IMG/VR virus record: IMGVR_UViG_3300009647_000160
Reading direction: 5' to 3' (one strand)
DNA length: 20,000 bases
Source: an uncultured virus (IMG/VR IMGVR_UViG_3300009647_000160)
Lineage: Duplodnaviria > Heunggongvirae > Uroviricota > Caudoviricetes
The position numbers and the translations under genes are program-made. Positions 1-6,899 of the stretch are shown piece after piece. Each line of letters opens with the position of its first letter. Positions within the stretch are counted from its first letter, which is position 1. A model generated the notes under the pieces. It searched no databases. It was given only the letters and a program-made list of their open reading frames with translations, and had not been told where the DNA came from.

Positions 1-870
1 CAGGCTGAGATTGCACGGCGGCGTGAGCTTGGCGCTCTGGCCAACTGGAGCATCAACACCAGCTGCTTCACCTCGAAAATCAAATGCGGTCTTTGTGGTG
101 CCAGTTTTGTACGCAACACCCGGAAGAACCGGGCCAAGACCAGTCAGCTGGGGGAACGTTACACTTTCTACGGCTGCGGCACAAACAAGCGTAAGGGAGA
201 ACACTGTTCCTCCGGCACAATACGCGAGGATGTTCTGAAAGACGAATGCGCCAAGGCGCTCGGCCTGCCGGAATTTGACGAGGAGACCTTCTCAGAACGG
301 GTCGAAAAGATTACGATTCCAACCACCGGCACGATGCTCTTCGAGTTTACCGATGGGAGCTCCCTTGAGCATCATTGGAGCCGGAATGCAAAAAAGGAAA
401 GCTGGACAGCTGAACGGCGCAAGGCGGTCAGTGAGTACCGGCGCAGTCGGGAGACCGGATGGAAATGCTATCACACCTTCACCCACTTCATCAAATGCGG
501 TCGCTGCGGAGGGAATTACCGCTGCCAGACGCACAAGCGTGTGGATGGGACGGTAGTACGTTCCTGGTACTGTTCGTCGCCGACAGCGGTGGGCTGCTCC
601 AAGGTCGGCATCCGGGAGGACACGCTCAAGGCGCTCATTGCAGATGTGATGGGCCTGCCGGAGTTTGACGAGGAGCTTTTCAATCAGCATCTGGCTTACG
701 CGACGGTGCCCGCAGACAATCAGATTGTCTTTCACTTCCGGGATGGGCGCGAGGTTTCCAGAACCTTCGTCCAGAAGCGCCAGATGCCGCGCCAGACTGA
801 GGAGAGGAAGAAGCACATGAGCGAGGTCATGAAAGCGAAATGGAGGGAACGCCATGCCGAAAACGACTAA
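1..870 (+). CDS. Large serine recombinase, C-terminal part (5' end outside window), with two tandem Zn-ribbon modules
   Basis: Frame of ORF 334..870 is open from base 1 (QAEIARRRELG...FTSKIKCGLCG...YGC...HCSSGTIREDVL...). A second module follows (FTHFIKCGRCG...WYC...GCSKVGIREDTL). The F(T/S)xxIxCgxCG pattern is the recombinase zinc beta-ribbon. Overlaps the start of the next recombinase. Confidence 0.85.
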   Translation, partial: QAEIARRRELGALANWSINTSCFTSKIKCGLCGASFVRNTRKNRAKTSQLGERYTFYGCGTNKRKGEHCSSGTIREDVLKDECAKALGLPEFDEETFSERVEKITIPTTGTMLFEFTDGSSLEHHWSRNAKKESWTAERRKAVSEYRRSRETGWKCYHTFTHFIKCGRCGGNYRCQTHKRVDGTVVRSWYCSSPTAVGCSKVGIREDTLKALIADVMGLPEFDEELFNQHLAYATVPADNQIVFHFRDGREVSRTFVQKRQMPRQTEERKKHMSEVMKAKWRERHAEND

Positions 871-2440
871 GAAGATTACCACCATCCCGGCTACGCTGAC
901 CCGCTTCACAGCTACGCCTATCACGGAGCAGAAAAAGCGTCGGGTCGCCGGTTATGCGCGTGTTTCTACTGACCACGACGACCAGTTCACCAGCTATGAG
1001 GCCCAGATTGATTACTACACGAATTACATCAAGAGCCGGGACGATTGGGAGTTCGTCGATGTATATACGGACGCAGGCATCACGGGCACCAGCACCAAGC
1101 ACCGCGAGGGCTTCAAACGCATGGTCGCGGATGCGCTGGCCGGAAAAATCGACCTTATCGTGACCAAGAGCGTCAGCCGGTTTGCCCGGAACACGGTGGA
1201 CAGCCTGACCACCATCCGCCAGCTCAAGGAAAACGGCATCGAGTGCTATTTTGAGAAGGAGAACATCTGGACGTTCGACGGGAAGGGCGAGTTGCTCCTG
1301 ACCATCATGTCCTCGCTGGCGCAGGAGGAAAGCCGGAGCATATCTGAAAACTGCACCTGGGGCCAGCGGAAGCGCTTTGCAGACGGCAAGGTCACGGTTC
1401 CGTTCAACCGGTTCCTCGGATACGACCGTGGGCCGGACGGCAATCTGGTGGTCAACCGGGAGCAGGCGGCCGTTGTTCAGCGCATCTACGCCATGTTCCT
1501 TCAGGGCATGACTTACAACGGCATCGCCCAGCAGCTCACGGATGACGGCATCCTGTCTCCCGGAGGAAAGCCTAAGTGGAATACCTCGGCGGTCAAAAGC
1601 ATCCTGTCGAATGAGAAATACAAGGGCTGCGCTCTCCTGCAAAAGACCTACACGGTCGATTACCTGACGAAGAAAAAGAAGGTCAATGAGGGCGAAATCC
1701 CGCAATACTATGTGGAGGACAACCACGAGGCTATCATCGACCCGGACACCTTCGAGATGGTGCAGCGGGAGATGGAGAAGCGCGGCAAGGGCCGGAAGTA
1801 CCATAGTGGCGTCCACACCTTCTCCAGTAAAATCCGCTGCGGTGAGTGCGGAAGCTGGTACGGCTCAAAGGTATGGCACTCCAACAGCAAGTACCGGAAG
1901 GTCATCTGGCAGTGCAATCACAAATTCGACGGCGACAAGCATTGCAGCACTCCGCACCTGACCGATGACATCATCCAGCAGGCGTTCCTGTCAGCAGCAA
2001 ATAAGCTGCTGGCCACCAAGGATACGGTCATCGCGGATGGCCGAGAGATGATGGCCATGCTCTTTGACACCACCGACTTGGAGCGGGAGCAGGAAGAACT
2101 CCAGCAGGAAACGCAGGTGGTCTCCGATATGGTTCAGCAGTGCATCTACGAAAACGCACACGTTGCCCTCGACCAGACCGAATACCAGAAACGCTACGAC
2201 GGCCTGACCGAGCGTTTTGAAAAGGCCAAGGCCCGACTGGATGCGGTCACAGCGGAAATCCATCAGATTCAGACCCAGCGGGCCAGCATTGAGGATTTCC
2301 TGAAAGCCTTTGCAGCCATGCCGGATGAGCTGACCGAATTTACGCTGGAAAGCTGGCACGGGCTGGTGGACTACGGCACCGTCTACGCTGCCGACGACAT
2401 CCGCTTCACCTTCAAAAACGGGCAGGAAGTCAAAGCCTGA
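854..2440 (+). CDS. Large serine recombinase / integrase (resolvase + recombinase + Zn ribbon + coiled coil), 528 aa
   Basis: Catalytic YARVST, KSVSRFARN, SLAQEESRSISEN, FSSKIRCGECG...WQC...HC Zn ribbon, heptad-rich C-terminal coiled coil. Confidence 0.95.
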   Translation: MPKTTKKITTIPATLTRFTATPITEQKKRRVAGYARVSTDHDDQFTSYEAQIDYYTNYIKSRDDWEFVDVYTDAGITGTSTKHREGFKRMVADALAGKIDLIVTKSVSRFARNTVDSLTTIRQLKENGIECYFEKENIWTFDGKGELLLTIMSSLAQEESRSISENCTWGQRKRFADGKVTVPFNRFLGYDRGPDGNLVVNREQAAVVQRIYAMFLQGMTYNGIAQQLTDDGILSPGGKPKWNTSAVKSILSNEKYKGCALLQKTYTVDYLTKKKKVNEGEIPQYYVEDNHEAIIDPDTFEMVQREMEKRGKGRKYHSGVHTFSSKIRCGECGSWYGSKVWHSNSKYRKVIWQCNHKFDGDKHCSTPHLTDDIIQQAFLSAANKLLATKDTVIADGREMMAMLFDTTDLEREQEELQQETQVVSDMVQQCIYENAHVALDQTEYQKRYDGLTERFEKAKARLDAVTAEIHQIQTQRASIEDFLKAFAAMPDELTEFTLESWHGLVDYGTVYAADDIRFTFKNGQEVKA

Positions 2441-2458
2441 CCCCAGAAACGAAAAACG

Positions 2459-2499
2459 GCTCCCTGCCGCTGGAGGTTATCTCCGGTAGCAGGGAGTTT
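2459..2499. terminator. Probable bidirectional intrinsic terminator between the recombinase and the convergent small ORF
   Basis: Stem GCTCCCTGC-C-GCTGGAG / CTCCGGT-A-GCAGGGAGT, A-tract on the left and short T-run on the right. Confidence 0.75.
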
Positions 2500-2529
2500 C
2501 GCTTACTGTTGATGGCCATCGGTATGCCG

Positions 2530-2769
2530 TCAGCTGGTTATGCCCTTGGTCAAGGCTGCCGCCCACAGGATAAACTCCTCCACAGTCGGTTCTTTGCCGG
2601 AGAAGTGAAACGTCGCCCACCGTGCCTGAACTGCTGGGTCAGGATTGTTTCTTCCTGCATTCATGGCCTCAGTCATATCCGAGCGCACTTGTTCCTCCGA
2701 CACCTGATGCTCACGAGCAATCCGTCTGATGATTTTCGCTGCCGCTTTCAACTCTTTCTCTGTGTACAT
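2530..2769 (-). CDS. Small protein (79 aa) resembling the Spo0A C-terminal DNA-binding domain, no receiver domain
   Basis: GGAGGT RBS upstream of ATG. IAREHQVSEEQVRSDMTEAM...KEPTVEEFILWAA aligns by eye with Spo0A CTD IAKKxxTTASRVERAIRHAI...KPTNSEFIAMVA. Confidence 0.65.
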   Translation of the reverse strand: MYTEKELKAAAKIIRRIAREHQVSEEQVRSDMTEAMNAGRNNPDPAVQARWATFHFSGKEPTVEEFILWAAALTKGITS

Positions 2770-2826
2770 CGCTCTACCTCCGTTTTTATCTCGCTAAAAG
2801 AGATATGTATTTCTGTTAGCAAGACT

Positions 2827-2860
2827 ATTATACAAAGGCACTTTGTCGAAAATTGCCGAA
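2827..2860 (-). promoter_or_regulatory. Promoter (-10 TATAAT) with two tandem Spo0A-type 0A boxes
   Basis: ATTATA at 2827-2832 (TATAAT on minus). TGTCGAA at 2844-2850 and TGCCGAA at 2854-2860 both match TGNCGAA, with a 3-bp spacer. Confidence 0.65.
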
Positions 2861-2876
2861 AGGCGTCAGTGTGGGT

Positions 2877-2918
2877 AAAAAAATATCCCTACGCGCAGAA
2901 TTGTGGCGTAGGAATATT
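2877..2918 (-). terminator. Intrinsic terminator of the XRE gene
   Basis: AATAT-C-CCTACGC ... GCGTAGG-A-ATATT stem with an A-run at 2877-2883 (U-tract on minus), just past the XRE stop. Confidence 0.6.
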
Positions 2919-2925
2919 CTTCATG

Positions 2926-3255
2926 TCATTTTGTGCTGGATTCATCAATCATAACTTCAAGAACGCGAAGTATCCGTCGCTGTTCCTCCGGAGGAAGCGC
3001 CAGCAGTTTCTTGGAGACAAGGCCGCTCTCCTGACCGGTGGTGACGTCGAGCACATCTGCAAGAAGCAGGTTTGCGTCACATTGCAGCGCATTTGCGATA
3101 GAAACAAAGGTGTTCAACTTCGGTGTCTTGAAGCCGCATTCGACATTGCTGATGTATTTGGTAGACAGGTCAACCATTTGTGAAAGTTCCGCTTGTGTGA
3201 GCCCGCGTGACTTTCGCACCTCTTGAATCCGTCTGCCAACTTTTTGAGCGTCCAC
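2926..3255 (-). CDS. XRE-family helix-turn-helix transcriptional regulator (~109 aa)
   Basis: RIQEVRKSRGLTQAELSQMVDLSTKYISNVECGFKTPKLNTFVSIANAL is a typical HTH_3. Start assigned to GTG 3255 (AGGAGG 6 nt upstream); ATG 3261 is the alternative. Confidence 0.9.
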   Translation of the reverse strand: MDAQKVGRRIQEVRKSRGLTQAELSQMVDLSTKYISNVECGFKTPKLNTFVSIANALQCDANLLLADVLDVTTGQESGLVSKKLLALPPEEQRRILRVLEVMIDESSTK

Positions 3256-3265
3256 AAGCATCCTC

Positions 3266-3299
3266 CTAACAGATGGCAGTCTATCTGTTAGTAAGTATA
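3266..3299 (-). promoter_or_regulatory. Palindromic operator and -10 box upstream of the XRE gene
   Basis: Perfect 9-bp inverted repeat CTAACAGAT-N8-ATCTGTTAG (3266-3291); TATACT on minus at 3294-3299. Confidence 0.5.
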
Positions 3300-3411
3300 C
3301 CCACCGGAAAGCTCTGATTAAATCCACCAACTGAAAGATGTATTTCTCCAAGAAATACTCGGCCGCACTTTATTTTGTGAAAGAGCAAAAAAACAGCGCC
3401 GGTTCCTGAAA

Positions 3412-3465
3412 ACCGACACCCCTAATCAGACCGACACCCCTTTGGCCCCTGCGACACCCCTTTGG
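3412..3465. repeat. Three direct repeats CGACACCCCT near the element end
   Basis: CGACACCCC at 3414-3422, 3432-3440 and 3452-3460; the last two extend to CGACACCCCTTTGG. Confidence 0.9.
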
Positions 3466-4101
3466 TCAGGCCGCTGTGCTTTGTATCAAATTTTGCGTCT
3501 TAATTTCATATATACGGTTCTCGGCGGAAGGCTTCAACACGGCGACAAGCGTTCTGACCATGCAGGACGGCGTGTAATACTCTCCGCCGCGCTTGCCCTC
3601 TTTGCTGGCAAACTGCTGGAGGCAGTATTCATATGTGCGACCGAGGATATCTTTGTCGGTTCCGTGCTCTACCATGTGAATGTTTGTAAAGAGATCGACA
3701 ACGTTTCCGAGACGGCGCTTATCCAGCTCGCCACGGGCAAAGTTCTTCGGTAAGATGTCTTTTAACCGCTTGTTCTCTTTTTCGATAGCTCGCATGGCAT
3801 CATCAATGACCGTGCCGATTTCCTCACGGTGTGCGGCTTCGGCGATGACGCTCCAACGTGCCGTCGGAGGAACATAGAAAACGTTCACCTCTGCATAGGC
3901 GTCCTTGTCCTCAACGTCATCGTCATCCGCAAGGAGCTGCTGATACCGCTCTTCAAATTTATCTGATATATATTTGAGGAATATAAGCCCAAGTACGACG
4001 TGCTTATATTCCGAGGCATCCATATTGCCGCGGAGAATATCCGCCGCGGCCCAAATTTGCTGTTCAAAGCCAATGTCGGCTGTGCTGCTCCCGTTTGCCA
4101 T
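3466..4101 (-). pseudogene. hsdM: 5' part of type I restriction-modification methyltransferase HsdM, truncated at the element junction
   Basis: HsdM N-terminal motifs IWAAADILRGNMDASEYKHVVLGLIFLKYISD and LGRTYEY...EGKRGGEYYTP. Homology stops at RIY, where DPxCGSGG (motif I) is expected, and is replaced by EIKTQNLIQSTAA*. Confidence 0.9.
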
Positions 4102-4413
4102 ATCACTACCTCTTTTTTATCGTTTTTTCTTAGTAATTCTATCCTAAACAGTGTCCCATTTAAAGTACTTGCTATTGTTGCCCCCGAGACCCGGGACCCC
4201 GAGACGAGATTTAATTCCTATCGTATATAGGACAAATATAACATTCAACGTATACAAACAGTCTGAAATTTAAAGCTCGTCTCACTGTTAGTACATATTA
4301 TGTTCTGCGGAAGAATGCTTTGTCGCAGGACTCCAAAAGCTAAATATTTTCTAGAGAGTTGACTATGCGTCAGCAATGCACATGTCTGCGAAATCCCCAA
4401 CACTGCCTCACAG

Positions 4414-4442
4414 AGCTACAAGTTTTGATACTTGTAGCTTTT
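4414..4442 (+). terminator. Hairpin with T-tract in the intergenic region
   Basis: Perfect stem AGCTACAAGT-N6-ACTTGTAGCT followed by TTT. Confidence 0.55.
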
Positions 4443-4484
4443 CCATTTTTGTAGGAAGGCAGAAAGTAAGTTATTTTGCTAAAT

Positions 4485-4513
4485 ATTGTATCACAAATAC
4501 TACCCACAATCAA
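4485..4513 (-). promoter_or_regulatory. SigA-type promoter with extended -10, facing hsdM
   Basis: Minus strand TTGATT-17 bp-TACAAT with TG one base upstream of the -10. Confidence 0.6.
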
Positions 4514-4591
4514 TCACACAGCACAAAAATTGGCTAAAGTAATGTGCTGCTTTTCTATTGCTTCTTCTTATTAGCAAAAAAATTACTGTTT

Positions 4592-4625
4592 CTTCGTCAA
4601 AATGGCTCTCTCATGTCCAGCGAGT
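4592..4625 (+). promoter_or_regulatory. Element-specific bipartite motif, copy 1 (putative alternative-sigma promoter)
   Basis: CTTCGTCAAA-N11-ATGTCCAGCGAGT, repeated with the same spacing at 9826-9859; each copy ends about 45 nt before the first ATG of an operon. Confidence 0.7.
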
Positions 4626-4669
4626 TATGAAAGCAAGAAAAAACCGCTTTTAGGCTGGAGGTGAAAGAG

Positions 4670-4897
4670 ATGTATCAGACACAGGTAAAACCCAAGGGCT
4701 GTGCTGCGGACGAGGAGCTCGTTGAAGTTCTCACCGCGATCAGCGTTGTGTCCATGCGGCTGGCAAGAAAACTGACCTTGCTTGCCGAACAGAGCAAATC
4801 CACGGAAGGAGAAAAAGCAAATGAGCAAAATGAGCGAGATGTCCACGACCATCGAAGAACTGCGCAGGTGTGCTGCTGCTATCAGCGACGCGGCTAG
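4670..4897 (+). CDS. Hypothetical phage protein
   Basis: GGAGGT RBS 7 nt upstream of ATG 4670; first ORF after the repeated motif; DEELVEVLTAISVVSMRLARKL helix. Confidence 0.6.
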   Translation: MYQTQVKPKGCAADEELVEVLTAISVVSMRLARKLTLLAEQSKSTEGEKANEQNERDVHDHRRTAQVCCCYQRRG

Positions 4898-5132
4898 CTG
4901 GCTGGCGGAGCAGTTCAGCGGCAACGAGCCGGAGCCGGAAGCCCCGCCTGAAGATCCGATACTGACACTGGAAGCGGTCAGAGCCGTCCTTGCGGATAAG
5001 TCCCGCGCGGGCTTCACCGCTCAGATTCGCTCGCTGCTTCAGAAGTACGGTGCCGATAAGCTGTCGGGTGTTGACCCGGAAAATTACAAGGCGCTGCTTG
5101 CAGATGTGGAGGGGCTCAACGATGCCACCTAA
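4821..5132 (+). CDS. Hypothetical phage replication-module protein (103 aa)
   Basis: AAGGAG RBS; TLEAVRAVLADKSRAGFTAQIRSLLQKYGADKLS is typical of the small ORF preceding DUF2800; overlaps the next start. Confidence 0.8.
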   Translation: MSKMSEMSTTIEELRRCAAAISDAASWLAEQFSGNEPEPEAPPEDPILTLEAVRAVLADKSRAGFTAQIRSLLQKYGADKLSGVDPENYKALLADVEGLNDAT

Positions 5133-6261
5133 AGGACACGCCATTCTCTCCGCATCCAGCTCTGCCCGCTGGTTGCATTGCCCGCCGTCTGCTCGGCTCT
5201 GTGAGAGCTACGATGACAAGGGCAGCGACTATGCTGCGGAAGGAACAGATGCCCATGCACTTTGCGAATTCAGGCTCCGTCAGGCGCTGGGCATGGAAAC
5301 GACCGACCCAACCGAGTGCCTCACATGGTACAACGAGGAAATGAGCGACTGCGCCACTGGCTATGCCGCCTATGTACTCGAACAGGTGGAAGCGGCAAAA
5401 CAGACCTGCGCCGATCCTGTCGTTCTCATTGAACAGCGTGTGGACTTCTCCCGCTGGGTAGAGTCCAGCTTCGGTACAGCCGACTGCATTATCATCGCAG
5501 ACGGCACCTTGCAGATCATCGACTACAAGCACGGTCTGGGAGTGCTCGTGAGCGCGGAGAAAAACCCGCAAATGCAGTGCTACGCGCTGGGCGCTCTGGA
5601 GCTGTTCGACGGCATTTACGACATCGACTCGGTGCGCATGACAATATATCAGCCCCGCCGCGACAATGTCAGCACCTACGAGCTATCTAAGGACGAGCTT
5701 TACCGCTGGGCGGACGAGGTACTCAAGCCTACCGCCGACCTTGCTTTCGCCGGTGACGGTGAATTTAAGTGTGGCGATTACTGCCGATTCTGCACGGCAA
5801 GGAATGACTGCCGTGCAAGAGCGGACGCCAACATGGAACTTGCCCGCTATGATTTCAAACTGCCGCCGCTGCTGACTGATGACGAAGTCGAAGAAATCCT
5901 CGCCCGCGTGGACGACCTCGTTTCATGGGCGGCGGACATTAAGGAATACGCCTTGCAGCAAGCAATCAGCGGTAAGGAGTGGCACGGCTGGAAGCTGGTC
6001 GAAGGTCGCTCGAACCGCAGGTACACAAACGAAACGGCAGTCGCCGGTGCAGTCACCGACGCTGGCTTTGACCCCTATGAGCACAAGATGCTGGGCGTCA
6101 CAGCCATGCAGAAGTTGCTCGGCAAATCTCGCTTTGACGAACTTCTCGCGCCGTTCATTGAGAAGCCGCAAGGCAAACCCACACTCGTTCTGGCGAGCGA
6201 TAAACGCCCGGTAATGAACACAGCCAAAAATGATTTTATGGAGGAAAACGATTATGAATAA
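5122..6261 (+). CDS. DUF2800 PD-(D/E)XK (Cas4-like) nuclease, 379 aa
   Basis: HAILSASS..RWLHCPPS, EGTDAH, IEQRV, FGTADC, IIDYKHG, QMQCY and C-terminal CRFC...C cluster; GGAGG RBS. Confidence 0.9.
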   Translation: MPPKGHAILSASSSARWLHCPPSARLCESYDDKGSDYAAEGTDAHALCEFRLRQALGMETTDPTECLTWYNEEMSDCATGYAAYVLEQVEAAKQTCADPVVLIEQRVDFSRWVESSFGTADCIIIADGTLQIIDYKHGLGVLVSAEKNPQMQCYALGALELFDGIYDIDSVRMTIYQPRRDNVSTYELSKDELYRWADEVLKPTADLAFAGDGEFKCGDYCRFCTARNDCRARADANMELARYDFKLPPLLTDDEVEEILARVDDLVSWAADIKEYALQQAISGKEWHGWKLVEGRSNRRYTNETAVAGAVTDAGFDPYEHKMLGVTAMQKLLGKSRFDELLAPFIEKPQGKPTLVLASDKRPVMNTAKNDFMEENDYE

Positions 6262-6829
6262 CAACACTGCAAAGGTTAACAACCCGATGAAGGTTATCAC
6301 CGGTCCCAACACCCGCTGGTCTTTTGCCAACGTCTGGGAGGCAAAGAGCATCAACGGCGGTACGCCGAAGTTCTCTGTCAGCCTCATTATCCCTAAGTCC
6401 GACAACAAGACGGTCGCCAAGATCAAGGCGGCTATTGAGGCGGCTTACCACGAGGGCGAGTCCAAGCTCAAAGGCAACGGCAAGTCTGTGCCTCCGCTGA
6501 CGGCGCTCAAGATCCCTCTCCGCGACGGTGATGCCGAGCGCCCTGACGACGAGGCTTACACCAATGCTTACTTCATCAATGCCAATGCGACCACTGCTCC
6601 CGGTATTGTGGATGCTGACCGCAACCCCATTATGACCCGCTCCGAGGTCTATTCCGGTGTGTATGGTCGCGCTAGCATCAGCTTCTATGCTTTCAACTCC
6701 AACGGCAACAAGGGCATCGCTTGCGGTTTGAACAACCTGCAGAAAATCCGTGACGGTGAGCCCCTGGGAGGCAAGGCGAGTGCTGAGGACGATTTCGCAA
6801 CCGAGAACGACGAGGACTTCCTCGCCTAA
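6254..6829 (+). CDS. DUF2815 phage single-stranded DNA-binding protein, 191 aa
   Basis: RWSFANVWE, PLRDGD, YSGVYGRASISFYAF, GLNNLQKIRDGEPLGG and acidic tail EDDFATENDEDFLA. Confidence 0.9.
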   Translation: MNNNTAKVNNPMKVITGPNTRWSFANVWEAKSINGGTPKFSVSLIIPKSDNKTVAKIKAAIEAAYHEGESKLKGNGKSVPPLTALKIPLRDGDAERPDDEAYTNAYFINANATTAPGIVDADRNPIMTRSEVYSGVYGRASISFYAFNSNGNKGIACGLNNLQKIRDGEPLGGKASAEDDFATENDEDFLA

Positions 6830-6844
6830 GACCTACATCATTTT

Positions 6845-6882
6845 CGGATGGTGGCGGAGGGATTTCTCTCCGCCACTTTCCG
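6845..6882 (+). terminator. Strong hairpin between SSB and polymerase (attenuator or mRNA stabiliser)
   Basis: GTGGCGGAG (6851-6859) / CTCCGCCAC (6868-6876), extendable with CGGA / TCCG; only a short T-run. Confidence 0.55.
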
Positions 6883-6899
6883 TATGGAGGGCAAACACT

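Larger units (their letters stand above)
1..3507. mobile_element. End of a serine-recombinase integrative element joined to hsdM
   Basis: Recombinase cluster, small accessory genes, short direct repeats, then an abrupt junction with a truncated hsdM at ~3505-3510. Confidence 0.75.

Noticed and set aside
1605..1611. Single TGTCGAA matches (also reverse at ~3139 and at 19886)
   Set aside because: Isolated heptamers inside coding sequence or an IS end are expected by chance; only the tandem promoter pair was kept.
827..1816. 329-aa minus-strand ORF (also 292..924 and 1991..2359)
   Set aside because: Antisense shadows of the GC-rich recombinase genes; no motifs recognised.
2509..3183. 224-aa plus-strand ORF
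   Set aside because: Runs antisense across two well-supported genes and their intergenic signals; no recognisable domain.
3412..3465. Repeats as a possible mini-CRISPR
   Set aside because: Units of 10-14 bp with 6-8 bp gaps are far too short; DUF2800 is only Cas4-like and sits in a phage replication context.
4182..4205. CCCCGAGAC direct repeat (4182-4190, 4197-4205) upstream of hsdM
   Set aside because: Only two short copies with no supporting context; no function can be argued.
6750..6899. Upstream extension of the polymerase ORF, and similar extensions at 4990, 13627, 13823, 15493, 16580, 17113
   Set aside because: Extensions overlap upstream genes or regulatory DNA; downstream ATGs fit RBS position and/or family N-termini better.
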